From: a virus
Lineage: Duplodnaviria > Heunggongvirae > Uroviricota > Caudoviricetes
Strand: one strand, 5' to 3'
DNA length: 7,023 nucleotides
IMG/VR virus record: IMGVR_UViG_2695420687_000004
Span: 1-7,023 of that record
In this document: one piece after another, positions 1 through 6,009 of the stretch
How positions within the stretch are numbered: the stretch's first letter is position 1
Layout of the letters: each line of letters starts with the position of its first letter
The notes under the pieces: generated by a model
Database searches by the model: none
The model's input: the letters and a program-made list of their open reading frames with translations, nothing else
Told to the model about the DNA's origin: nothing
Position numbers and translations under genes: made by a program

Positions 1-312
1 GGCGAGCAAACTGCAGCAGATAATCCGCGACCATATCGGAGCAAAGCACTGCCGCCCCGCTGACGCCAAATCAAGTTTTGCCTGGTCAGCGATGGCATCC
101 AGCGAACGGGCCAGCGTGCCGGACTCACCCGCTTTACCGCTGGCAGTCAGCACATCAGTGATCAGCACGGGTTTATTAAGAGGAAACATTTTTGCATCGG
201 CATCATCGCCCGTGCAGACCATGCCCACGATGGCGGTGCTCACCGTGGTAATGGATCGGGTGCCTTCGTTGATTTCAACAACGCGCACCCCGTGGTGGTA
301 ATCCTGAGCCAT
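1..312 (-). CDS. FI: tail sheath protein (P2 FI-like), N-terminal 104 codons; gene continues beyond the left window edge
   Basis: ATG at 312..310 with SD AGGAGG 9 nt upstream on the minus strand (complement of 322..327). Translation [54 protein letters not shown]... matches my recollection of P2-family contractile sheath N-termini and the expected position after G and the Z/fun slot. No stop before position 1. Not in the ORF track because it is open-ended. The last ~25 codons (plus 1..75) look atypical (see findings). Confidence 0.6.
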   Translation of the reverse strand, partial: MAQDYHHGVRVVEINEGTRSITTVSTAIVGMVCTGDDADAKMFPLNKPVLITDVLTASGKAGESGTLARSLDAIADQAKLDLASAGRQCFAPIWSRIICCSLLA

Positions 313-388
313 AGCGGCGAACCTCCTGATTGGATTAGGCTTCGCCCTATGTTGAAGTGATTGTGCCCGACAAACAGCTAAGTGTAGT

Positions 389-406
389 TGTACCGTTATT
401 CACACA
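389..406 (-). promoter_or_regulatory. candidate Ogr/Delta-type late-promoter activator site (TGT-N12-ACA dyad) upstream of the sheath gene
   Basis: TGTACCGTTATTCACACA at 389..406 is a TGT-N12-ACA dyad centred ~86 bp upstream of the FI start codon. If centred at about -55, as in P2 late promoters, the transcript would start near 342 and leave a ~30-nt leader. Caveat: this 6-fixed-base motif is expected ~1.7 times by chance in 7 kb, so position is the main support. Confidence 0.35.
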
Positions 407-454
407 AAATGACGGTATTTGTCTGCTTTCAGGGATAATCAAAATAAAGCTGAT

Positions 455-1021
455 TCAGGGAGATTCATTGCTCTTATTTGCCGGAAATTTTCGATAAATG
501 GTAGAAACGCCTACATCAAAAATCAGTGCAATACGCTGTCTTGATTCTCCGGCCTTGAGTAAACGCCCAATCTGTGCCCACTGTTCGCTGGTCAACTTAG
601 GACGGCGTCCACCTACTCTGCCTTTGGCACGAGCTGCAGCCAGCCCTGCCCTGGTACGTTCAACTATCAGTTCGCGTTCCATTTCAGCCAGGGCACCCAT
701 GACATGAAAAAAGAAACGGCCCATTGGGGTACTGGTATCAATACTGTCAGTCAGACTTCGGAAATTCACGCCGCGCTGGCGCAACTCTTCTATCAGCGTA
801 ACAAGATGCCGCATACTGCGTCCCAACCTGTCCAGCTTCCAGACAACCAGCGTGTCTCCTGCCGATAGTGTCCTGAGTAGTTTTTTCAGCCCCGGTCTGT
901 CGGACTTAGTGCCACTGATTTTGTCCTCAAAAATCCGCTCACATCCCGCGCAGTTCAGTGCATTACGTTGCAAATCGGTGTTCTGGTCATTTGTTGACAC
1001 GCGTACATAGCCAATAAGCAT
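455..1021 (-). CDS. site-specific serine DNA invertase, Gin/Pin/Cin/Hin family (188 aa)
   Basis: From ATG 1021..1019 (SD AGGGGA, 6-nt spacer): MLIGYVRVSTNDQNTDLQRNAL... with the catalytic-serine motif YVRVST, VVWKLDRLGRS, FRSLTDSIDTSTPMGRFFFHVMGALAEMERE and a C-terminal HTH region (GRRPKLT...STIYRKF), the hallmark of phage DNA invertases. Length 188 aa fits the family (~185-195 aa). The ORF-track start at 1138 adds 39 codons that read through the crossover-site region and is rejected. Confidence 0.93.
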   Translation of the reverse strand: MLIGYVRVSTNDQNTDLQRNALNCAGCERIFEDKISGTKSDRPGLKKLLRTLSAGDTLVVWKLDRLGRSMRHLVTLIEELRQRGVNFRSLTDSIDTSTPMGRFFFHVMGALAEMERELIVERTRAGLAAARAKGRVGGRRPKLTSEQWAQIGRLLKAGESRQRIALIFDVGVSTIYRKFPANKSNESP

Positions 1022-1076
1022 GATCAATCCCCTGAATAAAAACCGGGGATGATGCCAGTTAGCCATTATCTCTGCA

Positions 1077-1102
1077 TTTTCATAAACGTTGGTTTGGGAG
1101 AA
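1077..1102. other. inversion crossover site, left (hix/gix/cix/pix-like 26-bp site: 12-bp half-sites around a 2-bp core)
   Basis: TTTTCATAAACG-TT-GGTTTGGGAGAA. The AAAC..GTTT-type imperfect dyad around a 2-bp core matches the architecture of Hin/Gin/Cin sites (for example hixL TTCTTGAAAACCAAGGTTTTTGATAA, from memory). The inner half-site plus 9 further bp (1089..1111) is a perfect inverted copy of 2451..2473. The site lies 56 bp upstream of the invertase start codon. Confidence 0.75.
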
Positions 1103-1483
1103 GCGGCAAAACGGAATATCGGTGCTGGAGCCAATCAAGTCCCCGACATGTCCTTTTTTACATCAGCAAAGGGTGATAACGGATACTTTTCCTTACCGGA
1201 CGGCACTATTGTGCAATATGGAAAAGCCACAACGATAAGAAATAATGAAATTAGCCTGGTAACTTTGCCATTTTCCTTTCCCACAAAGTTCTCTCAGGTA
1301 CTGATAACCCATGATGATGCCGCAACTACAAATGCAGTTGCTTTTGGCGCCGCCACTCCAAAAACTGTTTCAACATTTCAGGTTGTCGTGCAGAAACTAG
1401 ATTTTAATACCGCCACTGGAGCTGTCACATTACGAACCACTGCTTCACCGTGCTACTTCCGTTATATCGCAATCGGGAGCTAA
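1091..1483 (+). CDS. alternative tail-fibre C-terminal (receptor-binding) cassette H'v, promoterless in this orientation; after inversion it would fuse in frame to codon 350 of H
   Basis: Plus-strand frame of ORF 1049..1483. From 1091 it encodes GLGEAAK (identical to H residues 351-357, same DNA in inverted orientation) followed by 123 different residues (RNIGAGANQVPDMSFF...CYFRYIAIGS) and a stop at 1481..1483. Frame continuity across the core TT/AA dinucleotide was verified by hand. The ORF-track start at 1049 lies outside the segment and is not used. Confidence 0.7.
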   Translation, partial: GLGEAAKRNIGAGANQVPDMSFFTSAKGDNGYFSLPDGTIVQYGKATTIRNNEISLVTLPFSFPTKFSQVLITHDDAATTNAVAFGAATPKTVSTFQVVVQKLDFNTATGAVTLRTTASPCYFRYIAIGS

Positions 1484-1487
1484 TTTT

Positions 1488-1712
1488 ATGCAAAACAAAT
1501 ACAGTCCATCTATGAATACGTTCTTTATGGCTGAATTTATGCGTCGTTACGAACAAGCTGGTACATTGCCTGATGATGCAATAGAGATACCCGATGAAGT
1601 ATTTAAAGAATACACAGGGGAACCACCGGACGGAATGATGAGGGTTGCGGGTAGTGATGGTCTACCCGCATGGGCAGAAATTATTTACACTCAGGAACCA
1701 TCGGCCAGATGA
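1488..1712 (+). CDS. truncated paralogue of the tail-fibre assembly chaperone (G'/Tfa', 74 aa), partner of the H'v cassette; possibly a pseudogene
   Basis: SD GGGAG 8 nt upstream of ATG 1488, 4 bp after the H'v stop. The product (..YSPSMNTFF..YEQAGTLPDD..GEPPDGMMRVAGSDGLPAWAEI..) aligns with the N-terminal half of G (..FSPAENAFY..YLTAGTWPSD..GEAPEGKVRSIGDDGLPCWVDL..) but stops where G continues for ~75 more residues. Its 3' end overlaps the 3' end of G convergently (1681..1712). Confidence 0.5.
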   Translation: MQNKYSPSMNTFFMAEFMRRYEQAGTLPDDAIEIPDEVFKEYTGEPPDGMMRVAGSDGLPAWAEIIYTQEPSAR

Positions 1713-2118
1713 TATCAGGAGCACTGGAGGTATCAATCAGTTCCAGTGCGTCCAGATAATCCAGCCACAGATTATATTGCGCCAGTTCCTCACCTTTCAG
1801 ACGCCCGATTGCTGCTTTGCCGGGCCACTGCTTGCTATTCATATAATCGTTGGCCTGGTCAATTCTCGACTGCTTTTCTGAGTCAGCCACTGCAAGTTGT
1901 TCTTCATGCGTAGGTGGCGGAAGATCTACCCAGCAAGGCAACCCATCATCACCAATGCTCCGCACTTTACCTTCGGGAGCTTCTCCCATGAAAACCAGCG
2001 CATCGGCAGCATTTATATTGATGCCGTCTGACGGCCATGTGCCAGCAGTTAAATAATCATCTTGTAGTGCTACAAGATAAAAAGCATTTTCAGCCGGGCT
2101 GAATACATAGTCGACCAT
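1681..2118 (-). CDS. G: tail fibre assembly chaperone (P2 gpG / Tfa family), 145 aa
   Basis: ATG 2118..2116 overlaps the H stop (TAATG). N-terminus MVDYVFSPAENAFY and C-terminal ..APDIIWPMVPECK resemble the Tfa-family N-terminal YFS..N.FY and C-terminal DIEWP..P motifs (recollection). The ORF-track start at 2136 is an alternative 6-codon-longer start. Confidence 0.8.
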   Translation of the reverse strand: MVDYVFSPAENAFYLVALQDDYLTAGTWPSDGININAADALVFMGEAPEGKVRSIGDDGLPCWVDLPPPTHEEQLAVADSEKQSRIDQANDYMNSKQWPGKAAIGRLKGEELAQYNLWLDYLDALELIDTSSAPDIIWPMVPECK

Positions 2119-3521
2119 TAATATCCCACTCCCCATACTGCCACTGTTGAATTAGATTTCGTATATGCGCAAGCGGCTTTGAATTTGACCCGGTCAACAA
2201 TCGCTGCGCTAACAAAAGGAGCTCCATTAGTCGCGTAGATCACAGAATTGACCAGCGAAGGATTGATGGAAAGGCAAGCATTAGGAAAGGCAACCGGCCA
2301 TGAGTCATCAACAACGACCATATTACCGTCGGTAGATTGCGGCACTGATACCATCTTCCACTGAAGCAGTGCTGTTCGTTGTACTCCACCAATTAATACT
2401 GGAATAGTGATGTTACCTGCACTGCTGGCCAATGCTGTTGCAGCAGGCATTTTTGCCGCTTCTCCCAAACCAAGGTATGTGAGAAGACCAGCTACATCCT
2501 TTCCACTCAAATTAGTCAGCGTATTGTCCAGCGGTTGTTTACCTGCCAGTGCATTAAGCATTGTCGTGGCAAAGTTCGGGTCATTCCCCAGCGCCGCCGC
2601 CAGTTCGTTCAGTGTATCCAGTGCCGCAGGTGCAGAACCCACCATTGCCGCAATCGCCGATTTCACAAAAGCCGTAGTGGCAATCTGTGTATTGTTGACC
2701 GACTGCGCCGCCGTGGGGGCTGTTGGCGTTCCGGTGAGTGCCGGACTCGACAGTGGCGCTTTCAGTGCCAGCGCATTGTTAATGGTGGTACTGAATTTCG
2801 GATCATTGTTAATGGCTACGGCTATTTCTTTCAGCGTGTCCAGCGTGGCTGGAGCACCATTAATAAGAGCCGTCAGTGCCGCCTGAACAAACGCGGTGGT
2901 CGCAACCTGCGTGGTGTTATTCCCCGCCGCTGGCGTTGGCGCTTTGGGGGTTCCGGTAAACGTCGGACTTTCTTTGGGTGCATACTGTGAATGCGGGTCC
3001 GGTGCGGCAAGATGTTTTGCCATCAGGTCATCCACGTACACCTTCAGCTCCAGTGCCTTGTCATCCACATACTTGCGGGTTGCCAGCACTACGGCAGGGT
3101 CGATTTTCAGTGTGATATTGTCCGTGCTGCTGGTAATCAACACCATACGCACGGTCTGGGTACGCCCGCTGCCTTCAGCCAGTTGCGGCTTATAGCTTTC
3201 CGGGCAGTTGCCCACGGCAATCAATGCCCCGGACTCATCAAACAGGCCCACTTCACGTATCCACCAACCGCCCTCGTTTTCAGGGATCACCTGTTCAGCA
3301 ATAATCTGGCTGCTGTTCTGCGGGTCGATATAGAGCATATTCAGCGCAGCCCGGCGTTTCTCATTTACTAATGCTGTCTGCTTTGCGTTCGGCGTTGGCA
3401 ATGTTCCGCCGCCATCGCCGACCGCCATATGGGTAATTTTTAAAGGCACACCGAGCGCGGCGGCGCTGGCAAGTTTCTCCGCGCCAATATCCGTCAGCAG
3501 GGTATAAAATTTTGTGCTCAT
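2118..3521 (-). CDS. H: tail fibre protein (P2 gpH-like), 467 aa; constant N-terminal 350 residues plus invertible C-terminal receptor-binding tip
   Basis: ATG 3521..3519 overlaps the I stop (ATGA); SD-like GAGAG 7 nt upstream. N-terminus MSTKFYTLL..GAEKLA..MAVGDGGG..YKPQLAEGSGR and collar repeats (..NNTQIATTAFV.., ..LDTLNELAAALGNDPNFATTMLNALAGKQPL) are characteristic of P2 H / Mu S-type fibres as I recall them. The crossover core falls between codons 350 and 351. Confidence 0.9.
   Translation of the reverse strand: MSTKFYTLLTDIGAEKLASAAALGVPLKITHMAVGDGGGTLPTPNAKQTALVNEKRRAALNMLYIDPQNSSQIIAEQVIPENEGGWWIREVGLFDESGALIAVGNCPESYKPQLAEGSGRTQTVRMVLITSSTDNITLKIDPAVVLATRKYVDDKALELKVYVDDLMAKHLAAPDPHSQYAPKESPTFTGTPKAPTPAAGNNTTQVATTAFVQAALTALINGAPATLDTLKEIAVAINNDPKFSTTINNALALKAPLSSPALTGTPTAPTAAQSVNNTQIATTAFVKSAIAAMVGSAPAALDTLNELAAALGNDPNFATTMLNALAGKQPLDNTLTNLSGKDVAGLLTYLGLGEAAKMPAATALASSAGNITIPVLIGGVQRTALLQWKMVSVPQSTDGNMVVVDDSWPVAFPNACLSINPSLVNSVIYATNGAPFVSAAIVDRVKFKAACAYTKSNSTVAVWGVGY
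2460..2485. other. inversion crossover site, right (hix/gix/cix/pix-like), inside the tail-fibre gene
   Basis: TTCTCCCAAACC-AA-GGTATGTGAGAA on the plus strand; the two half-sites are 10/12 dyad-symmetric. The inner half-site is identical to the inner half-site of the left site in inverted orientation, with the same 2-bp core. Confidence 0.75.
2529..2960 (-). repeat. diverged tandem duplication (two ~215-bp units) inside the constant part of the fibre gene
   Basis: H residues ~188-257 (TFTGTPKAPTPAAGNNTTQVATTAFVQAALTALINGAPATLDTLKEIAVAINNDPKFSTTINNALALKAPL) and ~261-331 (ALTGTPTAPTAAQSVNNTQIATTAFVKSAIAAMVGSAPAALDTLNELAAALGNDPNFATTMLNALAGKQPL) are about 60% identical. The DNA units are visibly similar, for example ttcagtgtatccagtgccgcaggtgcag vs ttcagcgtgtccagcgtggctggagcac. 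Coordinates approximate. Confidence 0.6.
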
Positions 3522-4123
3522 GGATTCACTCTCATTGTGTCAATAACATGGACCGCCCCGCCTTCATGCGCGGTGCCGCCAGAAATAATTGTTTCGTTGA
3601 TATACGGATAGATCGTGATTTCTTCGCCAAGATAGCTGGCGGCTCCCACCCAATGCGGGCCGCTGGTCTGCAGGTTGATGGACATGCCGATCATGTGACG
3701 GCTACATGGTTTGGCATCGCTTATCAGTCGCTCAAGTTCCAGATAGGTATCTTCAGTGATGCCCTGGTCCTGCACGCCGATATCCAGGCGAAACGTGCCC
3801 GGTGTCTCTCCGGTCTGCCACCACTCAATAATGCGGATCAGAAAGCCGAACGGCTCCACCACCCGCCGCACGGCACTGGTGGTCCCTTTATGCTGATGAA
3901 TATAAAAAGCATCCTTCACCACCTGGCGCTTGACGCTTTCTGTCCAGCCCTCGTCCCAGCGATCCACAGAGAACGCCCAGGCGAGATAAGGCAGGAAACT
4001 GACCGGACAGGTTGCCGGATTCCACAAGTCACGCAGCGGCACCTGCAGATCAGTAATCCCGCTGCAGGTTTGCGCCAGTCGGCGCTCCAGTGAAGTTGAA
4101 CCCGGTGGCAGCAGACTATTCAT
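3518..4123 (-). CDS. I: baseplate protein (P2 gpI-like), 201 aa
   Basis: ATG 4123..4121 with SD GGAGG 5 nt upstream; start overlaps the J stop by 8 bp. Motif LWNPATCP..LPYLAWAFSVDRWDE and the position between J and H match the P2 gpI family (recollection plus synteny). Confidence 0.8.
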   Translation of the reverse strand: MNSLLPPGSTSLERRLAQTCSGITDLQVPLRDLWNPATCPVSFLPYLAWAFSVDRWDEGWTESVKRQVVKDAFYIHQHKGTTSAVRRVVEPFGFLIRIIEWWQTGETPGTFRLDIGVQDQGITEDTYLELERLISDAKPCSRHMIGMSINLQTSGPHWVGAASYLGEEITIYPYINETIISGGTAHEGGAVHVIDTMRVNP

Positions 4124-5024
4124 CCGTTCCTCCGTTGGTTACGTGCCACTGCGTACATGATGCCGCCTGTGTTTTGTTCAGGACCACATCCGCCAGAGGA
4201 GAAGCCAGCTCCACACGCTGCACACCCTCAACATGCAGGGCGGCAAAGATGGCGCTACGGCGAATATCCCGACCAAGACGCGTCTGACTGGCGATGTACT
4301 TCTGCAGGCTGACTTTTGCCGCTGCCATTACCGGCTCTGCTTCCGGTCCCGGATAAAGAAAAATGGTGGCTTCCACTCGGTACGGGATGATTTCTGCGCT
4401 GCGAACCGTCAGACGGTTAGCCACCGGGCGGACGTTCTCACTGTTCAGGGCGTTCTCCACCACATCCAGCAAGTCTTTTTCTGCTGTTCCGTCGCCTTCG
4501 CGGCTAAGGACAGTCAGCACCACCTCTGCAGGTGCCGGACTGGTTGCACTGGCATCCGCCACCCGACCGTCGGCGCTTCGTGCATGAAACTCATAAGCGG
4601 CAGTTGGCCCCGCAACAGAAAGCCCTTCAAAGGCTGCAGGCACACGCAGGCGTAATGCTTCATCACTTTCCATCACAGCCGCAACGGGCGGTACAGCGTC
4701 ATCATCAGCAGGTGTCACCGTCAGGCGTTTCACGTTGTAGTTAGCAGCGAGCTGGTCAAGATCGCCGCCCATCGCGTAAGCCACCATCACCGCCTGCGCG
4801 GCTTCGTTAATGCGCTGGCGCAGAAGCAACTCACGATAAGCGTTCTCCTGCAACAATTTGGTAACAGGTTCAGATTCCAGTTCCAGCGTGCGGATCACAG
4901 CTTCCTGCTCATCTTTCGGATGAAGCGCCACAAATTCTGCCTTGCGTTCGGCAAGCAGCGTCTCAAAGTCCGGCACATCCACAATCTGCGGCGCAGGCAA
5001 CTGCGAAAGGTCAATCACTGCCAT
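4116..5024 (-). CDS. J: baseplate protein (P2 gpJ-like), 302 aa
   Basis: ATG 5024..5022 with SD GGAG and 6-nt spacer; N-terminus MAVIDLSQLPAPQIVDVPDFETLLAERKAEF is typical of gpJ-family baseplate proteins. The ORF-track start at 5063 is a 13-codon extension without an SD and would overlap W more deeply. Confidence 0.85.
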   Translation of the reverse strand: MAVIDLSQLPAPQIVDVPDFETLLAERKAEFVALHPKDEQEAVIRTLELESEPVTKLLQENAYRELLLRQRINEAAQAVMVAYAMGGDLDQLAANYNVKRLTVTPADDDAVPPVAAVMESDEALRLRVPAAFEGLSVAGPTAAYEFHARSADGRVADASATSPAPAEVVLTVLSREGDGTAEKDLLDVVENALNSENVRPVANRLTVRSAEIIPYRVEATIFLYPGPEAEPVMAAAKVSLQKYIASQTRLGRDIRRSAIFAALHVEGVQRVELASPLADVVLNKTQAASCTQWHVTNGGTDE

Positions 5025-5370
5025 TCTCTGCTCCTGTTGATACGGAAAGGGAAACAGGCACACCGTTATTACGCCGCCCGGTCAGCGCCACCACCATTGA
5101 ACCGTCAAAATGGCTGTTGATGGTGATGGAATCCAGCGTCAGCCGTGGCTCCCAGCGACTCAGCGCCACATACACTGCCGACATGACCTGCAGGCGTAAC
5201 GCCGGATTTTGTGGCTGGTCTATCAGTGCCGACAGCAGGGAACCATATTCACGGCGAGCAATGCGGCTACCCTGCGGCGTCAGCAGAATGTCCCGCACCG
5301 ACTGGCGCAGATGGTCAATATCAGTAATGGCTTTACCGCTGGTATTGTTCATCCCGCTATAAAGCGTCAT
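5011..5370 (-). CDS. W: baseplate wedge protein (P2 gpW / GPW-gp25 family), 119 aa
   Basis: ATG 5370..5368 overlaps the V stop (ATGA); SD GGAGG with 6-nt spacer. Size and position between V and J fit gpW. Confidence 0.85.
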   Translation of the reverse strand: MTLYSGMNNTSGKAITDIDHLRQSVRDILLTPQGSRIARREYGSLLSALIDQPQNPALRLQVMSAVYVALSRWEPRLTLDSITINSHFDGSMVVALTGRRNNGVPVSLSVSTGAENGSD

Positions 5371-5945
5371 ACCGGGCCTCCAGTTGTGTCGCCGCCTTTC
5401 AGGACGCCAGTATGCTGATGCGCATCAACCTCGATCCCGTTAGAACTCATCGCTCCGCCGCCCTGGGTAACGCCACCATTGATCACCACTTCGCTGTTAA
5501 TGCGCGTGCGGTCAGCCTCCAGTACAAACTCACTGGTTTTCATGGTGATGTTGTCAGCGGCCTCAATGACCATTGATTTGATGCCCCTGACATACCAGCG
5601 CCCGGTGGCGGGTTCGTATTCAAACCAGCTACCGTCAGGATGTTCTGTCACGCAGGCGTCCGCCGACGTCGACGGTGGTGCGAACTGATTCGAATAGACA
5701 GCGGGCAGCGCAAAGGCGGTCTCCAGATTGCCGCCCAGACTCAGCAGCACCACCTGCTCACCTTCCGATGGTTTCCACCATGTCCGGGCATTACCCGCGC
5801 GCAGCGTCAGCCAGTTAATCCAGTTGGTTTCAAGGTCGCCCGTTTTCACCCGGCAAAGCCAGTTTTCCCGGTCCACTTCGGTGACTACACCTATGCGGAT
5901 CAGATTGGTGATAAGGCGCATGATTTCGGTTAGTTGTGCGTTCAT
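5367..5945 (-). CDS. V: baseplate spike / assembly protein (P2 gpV-like), 192 aa from ATG 5945 (alternative start 5921)
   Basis: MNAQLTEIMRLITNLIRIGVVTEVDRENWLCRVKTGD...TWWKPSEGEQVV..LGGNLETAFALP.. with a Gly-rich C-terminus, typical of gpV-type spike proteins. The start is chosen at the sharp composition boundary near 5946; neither 5945 nor 5921 has a clear SD. The ORF-track extension to 6188 runs antisense through the AT-rich island and the 5' end of the membrane-protein gene and is rejected. Confidence 0.8.
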   Translation of the reverse strand: MNAQLTEIMRLITNLIRIGVVTEVDRENWLCRVKTGDLETNWINWLTLRAGNARTWWKPSEGEQVVLLSLGGNLETAFALPAVYSNQFAPPSTSADACVTEHPDGSWFEYEPATGRWYVRGIKSMVIEAADNITMKTSEFVLEADRTRINSEVVINGGVTQGGGAMSSNGIEVDAHQHTGVLKGGDTTGGPV

Positions 5946-5991
5946 AGATATATGATGACAGCTGAAAACTTGTTTATAACTTCTTGCAAAT

Positions 5992-6009
5992 TGTGGTATC
6001 GATGGTACA
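5992..6009 (-). promoter_or_regulatory. possible late-promoter activator dyad (TGT-N12-ACA) for the V-W-J-I-H-G operon
   Basis: TGTGGTATCGATGGTACA at 5992..6009, in the intergenic region upstream of V. It is centred only ~55 bp from the 5945 start codon, so it fits well only if the transcript starts very close to the ATG or if V starts at 5921. The motif is expected by chance about once or twice per 7 kb. Confidence 0.25.

Larger units (their letters stand above)
1089..2473. other. invertible DNA segment (~1.38 kb) acting as a tail-fibre C-terminus / host-range switch
   Basis: Bounded by the two crossover sites in inverted orientation; the 23-bp perfect inverted repeat (1089..1111 vs 2451..2473) encodes GLGEAAK in frame in both fibre variants. 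Contains Hv-G on the minus strand and H'v-G' on the plus strand, tail to tail. Adjacent serine invertase. Somewhat lower GC by eye than the flanking baseplate genes. Confidence 0.75.

Noticed and set aside
92-301. 69-aa plus-strand ORF
   Set aside because: Lies entirely opposite the sheath gene, whose N-terminal translation is strongly sheath-like; a shadow ORF in GC-rich coding DNA with no RBS.
314-346. Short inverted repeat GGCGAA..TTCGCC around the sheath RBS
   Set aside because: 6-bp stem with a 19-nt loop; too weak to call a regulatory hairpin or terminator.
428-461. 8-bp direct repeat TTCAGGGA (428..435 and 454..461) around the invertase stop codon
   Set aside because: Short enough to be chance; no associated dyad or T-run that would make it a terminator or an obvious operator.
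498-707. 69-aa plus-strand ORF
   Set aside because: Antisense to the conserved core of the invertase gene; shadow ORF.
930-1020. Expected Fis-dependent recombinational enhancer inside the invertase 5' coding region
   Set aside because: Expected by analogy with Gin/Cin/Hin, but the Fis consensus is too degenerate to place by eye; not annotated.
1049-1090. First 14 codons of the 144-aa plus ORF (MMPVSHYLCIFINV)
   Set aside because: They lie outside the invertible segment, in the invertase upstream region; the cassette only makes sense as a promoterless C-terminal module fused to H after inversion.
1022-1138. N-terminal extension of the invertase ORF (ORF-track start at 1138, 227 aa)
   Set aside because: Invertases of this family are ~185-195 aa and begin MLIGY..; the extension has no RBS, would read through the crossover site, and the internal ATG at 1021 has a good SD.
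1645-2056. Plus-strand ORFs 1645..1881 and 1850..2056
   Set aside because: Antisense to the tail-fibre assembly gene G; shadow ORFs.
2407-3371. Plus-strand ORFs 2407..2886, 2535..2990, 2896..3195, 2991..3371
   Set aside because: All antisense to the tail-fibre gene H, whose reading frame is supported by overlaps, RBS and family motifs; Arg/Cys-rich or low-complexity translations typical of non-coding frames in GC-rich DNA.
3512-5955. Plus-strand ORFs 3512..4093, 4090..4287, 4233..4655, 4363..4587, 4532..4744, 4920..5120, 5117..5362, 5209..5418, 5479..5688, 5640..5933, 5728..5955
   Set aside because: Antisense to I, J, W and V; no RBS, and compositions (Arg/His/Cys-rich) typical of shadow frames.
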